Source of the DNA: Lingula anatina
Taxonomy: Eukaryota; Animalia; Brachiopoda
Direction of reading: 5' to 3'
DNA: 64,000 nt
Assembly (NCBI GenBank): GCA_051362555.1
Contig: CM120640.1
Location: 17,608,001-17,672,000, forward strand
Shown here: positions 11,496 through 25,400 of the stretch, one piece after another
Layout of the letters: every line of letters starts with the position of its first letter
How positions within the stretch are numbered: position 1 is the first letter of the stretch
The notes under the pieces: model-generated
Databases searched by the model: none
What the model was told of the DNA's origin: nothing
Seen by the model: the letters and a program-made list of their open reading frames with translations, nothing else
Program-made: the position numbers and the translations under genes

Positions 11496-14400
11496 TGATG
11501 ATTTTATTTTTTTGGTATGTGTTTGTGCATGAATGTATGTGTGTGAAAAGCAGTTAAGACACTGACTCAGTGTGTTAAGAAATCTCCACTACAGCAATAG
11601 TTCAGCAATAAAATCAAGTGAAGAGTTAATTGACTGAATTTTCAGTTTGCAGTATCTTCTCTCAAGTGTACAAAATATATTGATTATCAAGACAAAAAAA
11701 GTAGATAGACTATCTGATAACAATATAAATGTCAGAAATGTATCTTATGAAAGAACTGGACCATGCAATTTTTGTTGACAACTTAAGCATTGTTAATTCT
11801 TCTTTATTTACCATTTAACATAATGTTGTTAAAATATTTCCTGCGAAGTAAGCCACACATTTTAACACTCTACATATTGGAAACACATCATTTTAGAGGT
11901 GAGCTTCCAGTGAAGTCCAAAACTCGGGGTAGGTCCCAGTCAATTTTTTGCTCGAACACCATATCCTGGTGACACGTTTAATGATGTTTTCAGTTTAAGT
12001 AGGAAAAATTTTGACTTTTATTGTTTTTCCTCCTTTTAGTCTCATGAGGTGGCTGCATAAAATAAAAACAGCCAAAACAAGAGCTGTTATGATGGTACAA
12101 CTATGGACAAAAATATGGTGACCAATGTTTTGTTGCTAATTAATGCAGATGCTGGTCAAAACTCCTTTGATTTTACCACTGGGGGGAAAAACTTGACGCT
12201 GCAGTATTTAGAGAAAGTTGATTCTATATCCATTAAAAATGACCTTGCAATTTGCAAGTTATCAGGAAGTCTTAGAGACTGGGGGTTTCAGAACTATCAA
12301 ACAACATTTTTATGGCATTGAGAGCAAAGACTAATTGCTAAATGTCAGTACAAGACATATTTATCAAAGTGATTTCATGTCTGTTGCGAATCCATTTCGT
12401 ATTTCTATGAATGATGTTATTTGTTTTTGGCTGATCTGTATAACAAGGGTTGAGGATATAGTTCCTTGAATGCAGCCAGGAGTGCTCTGTCACCAGTTGG
12501 AATTTTGCTGGGACACAATTTGGCAGGATTGCACCACAAGTGATTTGTTATATGAAAAGTGTATTTAATCTACGCCCACATACAAATAGATATATCTGTG
12601 TGGGATATTGATCAAGTTTAATGTAACTTAACACAAATTATCTCCTATAACTAATATTAGTCTGAAAGACTTGATTTGGAAACTTACTATGCTTAGTGCA
12701 TTAGTAAATGTTGCCAGAATTCAAAATGTGCACTTGTTAACTGATAAGAATTTTTTAAAGTTGACATCTGAATGTTTTGTTGTGACAGTTTACTTAAGTA
12801 AGCAGAGTAGACCAGGAAGAACTTTTTTCAAAGTTCGTTTTAAAGCTTATCTTCCTGATAAGAGACTTTGTGTTTACGATGTTACAAAGGAAATATTAAG
12901 AACTTAAAACTGACTAATTTGTTGAGACACTCTAAAGGAAGCAGGTTGTTAATCAGTTTCAGAAAACCACATAAAGCAGTGTCAAAGACACTATTGCATG
13001 GTGGATCAAAGTGGTCATAATAAGATCAGGAATAGCAGGCCCGTAGCCAGCAATTTCAAAAGGGGGGTTCTTTTTCTGGAAAAGTGGACCATTTTCTATT
13101 AAAACTTCATGAACCTAGATCAAATTTTACCCAGAGCGGACCTTTTTCCAGCAAAAAGGGCGGTTCTTTGAACCCCCCAAACCCCCCCTGGCTACGGGCC
13201 TGGATAGATACTGTGAAGGGTGATGCTCATAGTGTGAGAGCAGCATCGGCCTGTAAGGTTATAATGAACCAGGCTGGTTGGACAAAGTAGAATATGTTCT
13301 ATAACAAAGAAATAGTTGAAAATGACGCAGTGAAAGTTGCACTTAAATTAGATAAGTGAACTTAAGTCAGTTTATTTATAAACTGTTTGTGTTTGATAAA
13401 TAACCAATAAAGTCTTTTTGTATGAATTTAAACAAGAGTTCATGTTTCATTTTGCATGATTTATGCTTTAAAGTCTCATTTCATGACGAACCTATATAAT
13501 TGTTCGATATAAAATTCAAAAATTAAACGAAACTTACCTGTAAGTTGATGTTTGATTGTAATTCTATGAGACAATTATAGGTGAGGAGATGAAATGCCTC
13601 TCCCACCCTCCCTTATTACACAACTTATGATAATAGTGATGTGGATTATTATCAAAAAATGAAGATTAATAAAAACTTCTGAAGAAATCATGCAAAAATG
13701 CTTCAAAACCTGACGCGAATGCGCACTGTGCATTCTCATTTCATCTCCTCCTATAATTGTCTCATAGAATTACAATCAAACATCAACTTACAGGTAAGTT
13801 TCGTTTAATTTTTGAATTATACACAAGTGCTCTGCCTCCCGCTATTCAATTAAGTCAAAACTCATCAGATGTGAGAGATAGCAAATTTTTAAGTAGCTAT
13901 CATACCCTTTTATGTTTTCTCAAATATTAAGAAAAAGGGGAAGTGCCTGGAAATAAAAAATGTTGGCTTTTTTCCCTTTTAATTATTTTCCCTTTTACAT
14001 TGTTTTCATTCATTCTCCTATTAATGATATGAGGAAGCATAAATCTTTAAATAGATAAGTGGCCTTAAATGTATACAACACTGTGCACAACAATAGAAAT
14101 GCATACATACAACACTGTACACAAAAGCATGGATGAACACAATAATGTGCACAATAGCAGAAGAAGGTAGAGATTACAGCTATTAGCGCCCCATTGTTGT
14201 GGCATGCCAGTCTCCAAAAGGGCACTGCACTCGCCATGAAGACTACAGTGTGATCTATGTTGTTATGTGTTGTTTGTGACAGCCCAAAGCAGTGGTGGCT
14301 GCTGGTCCTTCTGGACATTAATAACACAACATAGCCTGCATTTCTGGGTTGCATAATAACATACTATAATTCCTGCTGCTTTTAATGTGCATTGTGCAGT

Positions 14401-16451
14401 GGGCAGTTCAGCGGGTGAGTTACTATTGACCTACAGCTGGTGGATAGAGGAGCTGGTCACTCACCAGTTGGGAGTGGCTACTATATGCAGTAAGAAGCTG
14501 TAGAAGCAGTGACAGCTAATGTTTAAGTCTGGGTGAGAATTGCTGTGCAGCAACTGTAGGACCAGCTAGAGCAAGAAGCATTGACAGTGAATCATCAGTT
14601 GTGCAGCAGGAGGAAGTGACTTAGGGTTCGTTAAATCATCAACTGCTATAGCAGAGCAGAGCTAAGGAAGGCTGCAGCAGGGACAACAGGATACATTGAA
14701 TTATTTGCTAAGAAGCCAGGTTTTATATTGGTTTGTAGTCATGGACTACGACAAAGAAGTGATAATAGTGGATAAGGGAGGGTCAGAGGAGGAAACACCC
14801 CTCACTGGTAATGGCAGTGTCAGGAAACCATCGCCATCTGTCTCACAGGAGAATATCAAACTGGAGGAGATGGAGGGTATGTCATCTGCCAACACCCATC
14901 AACAGAAGATGCATATATATGCTCAACATATTGAATGAAAATGCAGATCTTGGAAAATGGCACAAGATCAATATAAAGACTTCATGAAAACATGTTCTGG
15001 TTGGCTTTATGCTAAGATCAAGCAGGGTTTTTCATTGCAGTAAAACTCAGAACTGAACCAGTCCTATAATACTGTACTTGAACCTAGGGCACGTTGACTT
15101 ATTTATGTATCTAATGCACAGATTTGTACTACCTGGTTGATCTCAGTATTGTATTCTATTTCAGGAATGACTGGTCCTCCCCCACCACCGCCAGCAGAAA
15201 ATCTGTATCCAGTTATAAACCCTGGCCCCACTCCAGTGGAGGTCCCTCCCACCACACCAAGCTCAATACCCATAGGATTTGAGGGACAAGGTAAAGGCAC
15301 TCTACTTAAAATGGGATGTGTGTTGGGAGGAGGGAAGGGGGAGGCTTGTAGCAAAGCCAGTATGGGGTTCTAAAAGATGAAGAAGTATTTCCAGGATGAA
15401 TTTTTTGCAATATTTCTAGCTGCGTGAATCTCACAGTCACCTCCTGTGTGTGTGTGATGACCAGCACAGCACTTGCATTCACTCCATTGTAACAAGGCAT
15501 GTGCATGCTAATATGGAACTGTTCAGATATATGGGGGGGACAAATAGACTATAATTAAACAATTAGCATCTAATTAGACAGTCAGTCCATAAATTAAGCT
15601 GTGGACTGGCCTTTGCCAACAGATGCCATTTGGATTGTGGGGAAGGGGGACAAGAATGATTTGATTACTTTAAAAAGAGAAAGGGTAATATTTATCAGTC
15701 ACTACCTTAATCAGGGGTTAGCAGAGATGTGATAGATGATTATTGTGATCCAGGGTTGGGAGAGTGTCGTGGCTTCAGTAATTGAGTGAGCTAAATGCCG
15801 CTCTTAGGAAGCATTCACAACAGCAGACTAATAGATACGCAGATCAAATATAGCAACCCAGGTAAAAGCTTGCCATATTGTTTTCCTAATAGACACTGAA
15901 TAGATTCCCTGCAGGGATTAAGCAACAAGCATTCAAGTGGGTCATCCATCTTTGATCCAAAGATCTGTTAGTCCCCTGTTGTGAACGCAGCCTTAGCCAG
16001 CTAGGAAATGAGCTTTTACTACTTGCTAAGTGACACTGAGTTTGTAGTATGAATTAAGTAGCTAAGCCATATTTGAAGTCAAGATGATATTTTTCTAACA
16101 GTAAATCATTACAGTGACAAGTTGATATATATAAAGAATTTTTGGTGTTCATGTTGTCAAGTTGACATTTTGTCATAGTGAATGTAACTATCTTCATATT
16201 GGAATAACACAGTCGCATGTCAAGGTATCATTATCCAGGGGCCAGAATGGCTACTGTTGTCACATGCCACTGTGGTACTTAAACTGATAGATTGTCACAT
16301 GATGACTTCAAAGCATTTCTGCCTTGATGTCTTTATGTTGTTATGAAACAGATGACACTGTTAAAATTCCAACATAAATATTTGTGTGAATCTAGCTATA
16401 TACAAAAACAGATATTTAAAATTTTGCACAATATGTGTATAAAATTTTGCT

Positions 16452-16492
<41 letters not shown>

Positions 16493-19400
16493 ATTGTAAA
16501 CATATATACTTTTATCTTACATCTGTATAGTGCTAGAGGCTTGCATAGCATGGCATTGCTTGGCTGATGGTGACTGCTATTAGGCAATAGTTTTGTGGCA
16601 GTGTGCTTTATTTACTTTCTGTACATAAGTAAGAGCAGACCATTTGACTTTTGCTTGATGAGGTTTAGGTGAGAATATACAAGTTCCCTTCACTGATTAA
16701 TTACTGGTGCTATGCATTATTACTGGTATATGGCTTCTTGTATATATTAGTATGAGCGCATTCTCAACGAATTAAGCCAGGCTTTACAAAGCCGGTGACC
16801 TAAAAATGGCGGACGTACATGAAAGAAAAACCGCCTAATCTTTTAATAGTCTCTCCGCCTCTCACATGCCTCCCCACACATCGTCCCTGCGGGGTACAGT
16901 AATTAAATCGCATCTCCGTTCGCCATGCGGAAGCTACCTGAGAAATATTAAGTGCGCATGCTCATCAGTTAAACTCGTGGTGAAGAAAGCATGGCGGCTG
17001 AAGGCGATCGAAGGAAAAAAGCTCTTCTGTTCTATTATCTTTGAAAACAGAGACGAAAAAGGAATAATTTGGCCCGTAGAGCAGCAATGAATCGACTATC
17101 TGCGGAGATAATATCACCAGAGATATTCACGGAAATATTAATGTTCGGAGCCGAGATTTAATTACTGTACCCCGCAGGGACGACGTGTGGGGAGGCGTGT
17201 GAGAGGCGGAGAGACTATTAAAAGATTAGGCGGTTTTTCTTTCATGTACGTCCGCCATTTTTAGGTCACCGGCTTTGTAAAGCCTGGCTTAATTCGTTGA
17301 GAATGCTCTCTATGTAACATAAGTATGACCATAGCTCTTACAGACATATTTTTATGGCTGTCAAGCTGATTGCATATTAAGGAGGCACATAATTAATGCA
17401 GTAAAATATCTTAATACGAGAAGTAATGAAATCAATCTATCTCAATAGGTGTTTCTTATTTTTATACAATGATGGGTTTTATGAAACATCCATATTTTTG
17501 TGCCCCTTAATAATGTAACCAGTTTAATCCTTCATGTAAAAATATGCCTTAAAGACATATTGCATGTCATATCCAATGGACAAGGAAAAAACCACATAAT
17601 TCCAGCAATATGTTTATAATGGTAAGTTAATCATTGCATGACTTTCTGAGCTCTAACCACAGATCTGCCTATGTGATGTTGACTCAAATAATTCCTGAAT
17701 TGTGAGGCGTAATTCAAAGCATTTAGGTTACACATACATCTGATGTTGTTAAGTAAACAGAGTTGTCTATGAGCAGTAAAGAGCTATTGCTCATGGGCTA
17801 CAACTAGTTGTTTAGGAAAGGATGATTATAATTTAATAAAGAAAAAACTGAAACAATATTCCATAGGCAGGTCTGTTTTTGTAACTTTAACAGTTTTTTC
17901 TTGGTATCTGCTACTACGGTTTTTGCTTCTGCTTTGCTTTAGCAGTATTTCAATTAATAACAATAATTCCAATTAATAACAGTAATGTTATTCTTTGGAA
18001 TACTTAATTTTAATAAGTCAAGCTGTTTTGATGAAAAGCACCTTTGCTATGTGTTTTGGTATCAGAAAATATATACCTGCTGACGCCAAACATACCAGTC
18101 AACCTAAATGGTATGTTTGTTACTGATAAGAAGTAAAATAATTTCAAATAGCCAGTCGTGGATATACACACCCATCATTATATGCACGCCATAAAGCACA
18201 GCACTGTGGCACCCCGATGGATTTGGACATGGAGCTGCTATGAGATCATACTAACACGTAGCATATTAACACCAAAAGTTAAAACTGACTTGCTTTGGTG
18301 ACAGGAAATGAGAAGTATTTTAATTTTTTTTATTTAGCATTGATCTGCCTCAAAAGTTTTGATTTTATTTGGAATTTTTAGTAATAAGATCATGCAAAAA
18401 TTCTGTCTGTCTGAACTGTAGAGCTTAGAAGGCATTTACTAGGACTTGACAAGATTGAGAAGCAGTCTCTGAATTGTTTGGGTTTTTATTATTATCATGA
18501 TCATTATTTTAAGATGCACAGGCAGCAAGGGTCAAAACAGAATATGAGCAATTTTTGGACTGCTGAATCATATATGTCTGTATTTTTGTTGTAGTTACTA
18601 ACCTGCTGTCTGACTGTTGATGTTGTGCATGTATGTGTTTAATCTCTAGGCAAACCAAAAGGAATAGACAATCCTGCCTATCTAATGGACAGTGGCAAAA
18701 TGGACCCAGGTAAGTATTCTGTACTGAACTTGGTTGCATGTCGTCTTAACTGTATGCATGCCATTCTCTTATTAGTATTCTAATCTAGGTGCAATTTAGG
18801 GATTAATACCCATGGTTTCTTAAGAATATTTTATTATAGTCAAAAATCATTGTTTGTGCTGCAAATTTGCTGGTCAGTAAGTACACATTAGAACAAGGCA
18901 AGTAAAGAATTGGCCATCAATTTGAAGGGTCCAGACAACACATTTTAGTTAGGTCTACAGTTTTTATTTCTTTTTACTTGTACCAAGAAATATGCAGGAG
19001 ATAGTTTAGGCTGAGTTACTATCACATCCTAGTTTCAAACTCTGGTTAAAAATACTGGTGGATTTCTATCTCTATAATATTGCCTGTGTAATGGCTGACC
19101 ACACATATGATATGCAAGTAGTCTTAATGGGTTATCAATATTTGATAAGATTTTTTAGGTGTTGTCTCTAGGTGTGAAGCCAGTATATGTATTTTTTGAT
19201 TTGATTATTATATTTTGAATTATGTACATATGGCTCAATACAAGGTCTAGAGTAATTATACTTGTGATTAAGCATCATGTATTTTGTTATGTAAAGGTAT
19301 ATGCAAAAAAGTGGTTTGAAGCGTTACAGGGATAAATTAATATATTGGGTTTTATAAATTCTAACTTCTTAAATACAAGGTCTTGGCTCCCTTTTTTCCC

Positions 19401-22400
19401 AGAACTCCAGTTTTCATGCACACTTGCCAATATGTGCAATTTCCATTTGTACAATTTCCAATTATCAAGCCAGTTGATGAATGGGTATTCCATTTACCAA
19501 TGCACCATTTTATGTTACAGTATAAATTGATACCGTGAATTTGCAGACATGTTAACAGAAGCATCATGTAAATGTCTGCTGTAGTGCAGTAATAGCTTGA
19601 TGGACATTACTTGAACAATTTAATGCTTAACGGTACTAGGTACAATCAATTTTCAATTGACGATGTTTAGACTAAGTGTTATATTGTGTATTATGTTCAT
19701 GTGATTATTTATATCTCCTATGCCCCTAGGATGCATAAATGTGTAATGGCATCAATCATCAATACGAAACAAGAAAACTAATATATTCAGCATTCTTTAT
19801 TTTCAGTATGTGGTTACTGGGTTGTGTAAAGGGTGTGTCATGTATAGTATTTATACAATATTACGCTCTCTCTGTTATTTTTGAATGAAAAATGTCACTG
19901 TAGTAGGTGTGTGTCACATGGAAAACAGGTGGATGACATATAGTTTAAGGATATTGAAAAGGGTAAATGTGTTCTGTCATTGCCTGTTATGCCATAAGTT
20001 GGGGACAGTGTATATCGTCATTTGCAGTATTAACCCAAATGTGTCACCTGTTGATAGATGTGGCTGTCATTTCATTGCATACCATCACATGCCATTGAAC
20101 ATCAGCATTTTATCAAGCATTATGTCATTCTTACTGATAGCACTGGTGCAACTAGCTCTGGTTGTTTTCATGCTTTGAGAGCAAATTAGGATTTTTTTTT
20201 TGCCCATTTTTTGGGGGGATAAAATAAGATTAATCCTGACTGAAGATATTGCTTAAATTTGATAATATATATTCTGTTATGTATTTCACAAAAATTATCT
20301 GAAAAGTGCATCACATAAGAATTATGTAATTGCAATCTTCTTCGCTTCTTTATTCAGACATTTTAACTGCACATATAATTCTCATCTCCCTTGCTTTATT
20401 TAAAGAAAATATAATATTAAATAAATGACATTCCTTCTTAGTGCTTTTTAAACAGACTTGACTTAAAGAATTATATAATTGGAATCTTCTTTGCTTCTTT
20501 AACCAGACATTTTAACTGCACATATAATTCTCATCTCCCTTGCTTGATTTAAAGAAAATATTACATTAATTTATATAAATGAAAATCTTTTTTAGTTCTT
20601 TTTTTAAACAGACTTATTTAAAATTTACACCTTTTCTGCACATTCATTAATGTGCTATTTAATATTCCTGGGATTTTTTACCAAGATTGTAGTTCTAAAT
20701 TCAAAGTCTTGGTCTTACAGCTCAGGACAGTGACTTGCCAACTGCTGTTGGTCATTCGGAAAGTGACCAGTCCGCACTGCTTGGGGACGATGCTGAGACA
20801 GGTGCTTTACATGCATGTGCACGTTTTCATATGCTTGCATGTTTTTTATACACCTGGTATTGTGGCAGAAACATTTTGTGTTGTAGAACTTAATCTTTAT
20901 TGTGGTTTTTGTTTGGATTGTAACATTCAAATGGATAATGGATTCAACTGGGTTGTTGGTTTTTAAGTTTTTGTAACAAGTCTAGCAGCTGAAATTATTT
21001 GCAGTCAATGTAACAATGGCTTAAGTATCCATGTTAACCCATATACTACCATATTTTGAACACAGTATATGTACCTCTCTACTTTAAAATGTCCTCTCCA
21101 GCCTCCCATTATTACAACCACATGGGCTTTTATTTACCACGTCCACATCTGACCTCATTTCCCAACAGGGCGATTACTATCTACCAGAATCCTGAATCTA
21201 GGACCCTGAATTTATTGATTCAGAAATGTAACCTAATGCTTTTATATTGTGCTATAGTCATAAGCTATAGTTAGGATGTATTACCAAGACTTTTCAACTG
21301 AAGTGTCCAAAATCAGCCTATAATGTTCAACAAAGCTAATATATATCATGATACATAGTAATTTTTAATTAAATCAACAGGAGTTCACATATACCAATAA
21401 TGAACTTCACATCTCTTTATACGATGACTTAAGAAGACATTTTTAAATTGATTTTGAACATTTCAGTAAAACATTCTTGGCTGTATGCATGCTTTAAACC
21501 TTTTGCCCCCCTGCTGCATGAGACCAAATGTACGAAATGTCCTAAGAAAGAAGATGAGCTCTCTTTCTCTAGGTTTCTAAGGGAGTATTTCAGTAAGCAT
21601 GAATCTGTCTAATAATCTGATAATTTAAAACCCCTGAAATGTTCATATATTGAAACCAAAGTTCCTTAATTCTCTACTTTTTCCATAGCTTATTTTATTT
21701 ACATATCCATTACTTCTGAGCATGATACTACATATTTGATAATTTCTTGTATTGCAAAACCCGCATGTTAATGCATGTTGTAAACCTCTTCAGTTTGGGT
21801 TTAATCGACTTTTTTTTAAAACAACCCCAGGTACTTTTCACTTCTAGCTGTCAATGTCTTTGTTTTATCATTCGAGATGATCCTTCTTGTCAACACTTTA
21901 CACTGTCAAGTTTTTAATCACATCCAACGCAATTGCCATACCTAATTATGCTGTCACACCTAACACAATATTTGCTCATTGTCACACTATCTCGCCTCAA
22001 AACTTTTGTGTCATCCTGCACAATGTAACCTCTAACGCATTGCCCTAACCACTTCTTTAATGCATGTTCTTTAGTGGTAATGTAGTTCCTCATTGTGTAT
22101 TGTAACTCTTTTAGGGAAAGTCAGGCAGCGTGCTGAGGAGGAATTAAAACATGATACTCTTAGATCAGCTTTAATGTCACGTATGTCTTTTTTTTAATGC
22201 ACTACAAGGGATGGTGTTGTACATAGTGCCTTCATTGTTTTGTGTCAAAGTACTTCTTTTTTTTCTGATCCAATATCATTTTGGTGAATTATTTTATGTT
22301 GTATGTACATCTCGGTAAACACCTGGTGCCCATCAGTTTTAGGAAATACAAGGATGGTTAATTTGTGATAAAAAGCTTTGGAATACCTATATGACAATTT

Positions 22401-25400
22401 GTTAGATTAGTTCCATTAGCAGAAGGACACAAATCTCAATGTGACTAACTCATGTGCACAACTTGCACCTGGTCCCGTCTCTCATGTAATGTATTATGAT
22501 TAAGGAGATGTCATATAAAATACAGTTTTCAGTTTGTCAGATGTTCATAGATTATACTGTGCTGTTAGAAATAATGCCTTCTAAAGTATTTGTGATTTCT
22601 CATGAATTGGACATGCCTGCTACTGAGTCAGAGGTTGTGTATGCTAGTGTTTCTAGGAAGTCGGGTAATTTAATCACTAATTATTGAATTTCTTAAAGAA
22701 ACTTAATTTTTGAAAATTTTCTATTGAGTTGTTGCAACGCATTTTTTAATTATAACCCTTGATTTAACTTTCTATTTTAGAGAAACAAGGTGGTGAGGAA
22801 ACGATTGATATAGAAAATGTACATCCAGCAAAGGTATGGATATAATCTATATTTTAATTGATCATGCTGATAACATTAAAGGAATAATTTTCAAGAATTT
22901 AAGATGAGCTACTCTCTTATAATTTAACCTCTGAAAAAAATAAATTATCAAAATAATTATTGCCCCTTGACAGTAACTGATTACCTATTAATAGCCAAAT
23001 AGAAAAGCCTTTGCTTTGTTTTCAGCAATGTCGTATGAATAGCCATTTTGCTTTGAGTACAGAAAATGAATATTTCATGTATGAATATTTTTTTACAGAA
23101 AAAAGATGCAGCTGAGACATTATTGTTCAAGGATGGAATTAGAAAAATTGACTTTGTGCTGGCCTATAAGGAGTCAAATGATGTGTCAAAGGAAGAGAAA
23201 CGCATGGTATTCAAACGCAACTTGCTGGATGAGGGAATAGAAATGGAAACAGAAGATAAATCAGTGAGCTTGATAGTTTATTTTATAGAAATAGATGTAT
23301 TGTTTTCAGATAAGCTGCATCTTTTTCACTAGCATGACCAATATGCTTGTAATTGCTTCATATAGTTTAGCTCTAGTTAATCTGATAAGCATTTAGAGAT
23401 ATTTTTGTCAGTAATAGAAAATTATTTGAGGGGATTTATCTTCATAAGAGTTCTCTCAAAATGATCAAACATGGGTTTTGTTCTTGTTGGGTTTTTATCT
23501 TCAATCCTTAAATATATATTGTTTAACGTATTGTCCATTAAATTGTGTCTGTGCTGTGATCATACAAAGAGCAACACCATCTTGTATTTTGCTCACAGTG
23601 GCTGAAGGTACCTACATTTCATATGTTTGCATTTGCTTTGAATAAATCATAAATATATCAAGGGCTATTTTATTTGAAAGACTACAGAGGGTCTGGAATA
23701 TTTTTAAAAAAATCTATGGACTAGTGGTAGTTCACATTTTGTATATCATGGTTTAGGATCAATGAGCATTTATTTTTGCCAAGTGCTTAATTAAATTTGA
23801 ATCTTTCTAATTATGTGATGTATCAAAACTTGGGGTGGGTGGTGAACAAACATATCTCCAATTTACCCACTTATTTGACTGTAGATTGAAATAGAATAGC
23901 CAAAATAAGTTTCAAGGCTGATATTTTGATTTATTCCTTATTTGTTGCAAGCAGACAAACACGGTAAGGTGGTAGCACTAGGGGGTAATGATTATGTTGT
24001 TATTATTTTCTGTACTATTTTATTTAGTTATGAAGAGCATCTCATTTTTATTTTCATATTTGGCTAACATAGCATCTGGAGAATATTGCAATGTTGATTA
24101 TTGCCTGTATTTATTTTGTGATGCAGTGTTTTTATTTTCCACCCAATAAAAAAAAAGATCCCAGAGAAAATTTGAGTGTTAGTGTAGAAATATCTGTATA
24201 AACATGTATGCGCAGTTCTCTAGGTGAATCAAAATTTAAGATTCAAAGTAATTTTTAGTAATGTTCTGTACAATAACTGACTGTGGTTTTAGTAGGACAA
24301 AAGCTATAGATGTTTGGTGTAGGATATGTGTGTTGTGAATTATATTGTCTTATGGTCACAGTAGATCATATCTCTGTGCAATTTCTTGATAAAGGTAAGT
24401 AAATCTAAGAATGTGCTGCAGAAAGTTATTTTTATTCTGACATGTTAAAACCATATCCTGCCAGGATTATATTTACATTTAGACATAATTAACACAGGTA
24501 CTAATTTGTTAATTTTTATGTTTTAGATCATTTTAATCAGTTACAGGTCAATTGGAAATAATTAACCTAGTTTAAATCTTGTATAATTACAGCTGTTTTG
24601 CATGAGGCACAAGAATATTATCAGCACAGTTTTTGAAACAAAATAAACAAATTGCCATCATTATGCACTTACTGGTGTCGAGTTAAGTATCATTTCAGGG
24701 GGAAAAAGTAACACATTTGAAAGTATTCTATATTATAAAGGTGTAGATTAATATGAATATCAGTGAATATGTATGTGTAATATTTTAGGAATCCACAGAT
24801 GAGAAAACATACTTCATCAAAATCCATGTTCCATGGGAGGTAATGCTCAGATACGCTGAGATGATGAGAATGAAAATGCCTATTAAGGTCAGTCCTGTCA
24901 TTATACACTTTGGGTCTATTCCCACAACTTTGGATCGATCTATCACCGCAGGGAGTCTCACCAGACTACCGCCAGATAATCCCCCTTAAGTGTCCGTCCC
25001 CGCCCACTACAAGCCGTAAGGGGCAATTAACTTTCGTGTCCGCCCGGCTGACAGCTATTCAGCGCGAGTTAGATCGATCCAAAGTGGGTCGATCTAATCT
25101 ATGGAAATGGGGTGTTTGACACAATTTTTGATTAGTATAGCCAAACACATTTTAAATTCTTATAGAAAGTTTAAAAAAGTGTCTTTATGTATGACAATGT
25201 CAGCTACAATGAAATTGTACTACAGTAAATTTCATTTTGTCTTGCAGGAGTATTATTATCTTGAAATATGTCTGTTATTCCTTTTCAGTTGTTTATGTTG
25301 AACAGTCTTTATATATGCATTATTTTATGATTTAAATCATACTTTTCATTATTTTTCGCGATAATTTTAGGAAAATGACATAGACCCCACAGATGACTCT

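Noticed and set aside
21573-21592. Possible small exon AG|gtttctaagggagtatttca|GTAAGC
   Set aside because: It has an in-frame TAA in phase 1 and is 20 nt long. It could only be a poison exon, and there is no support for that.
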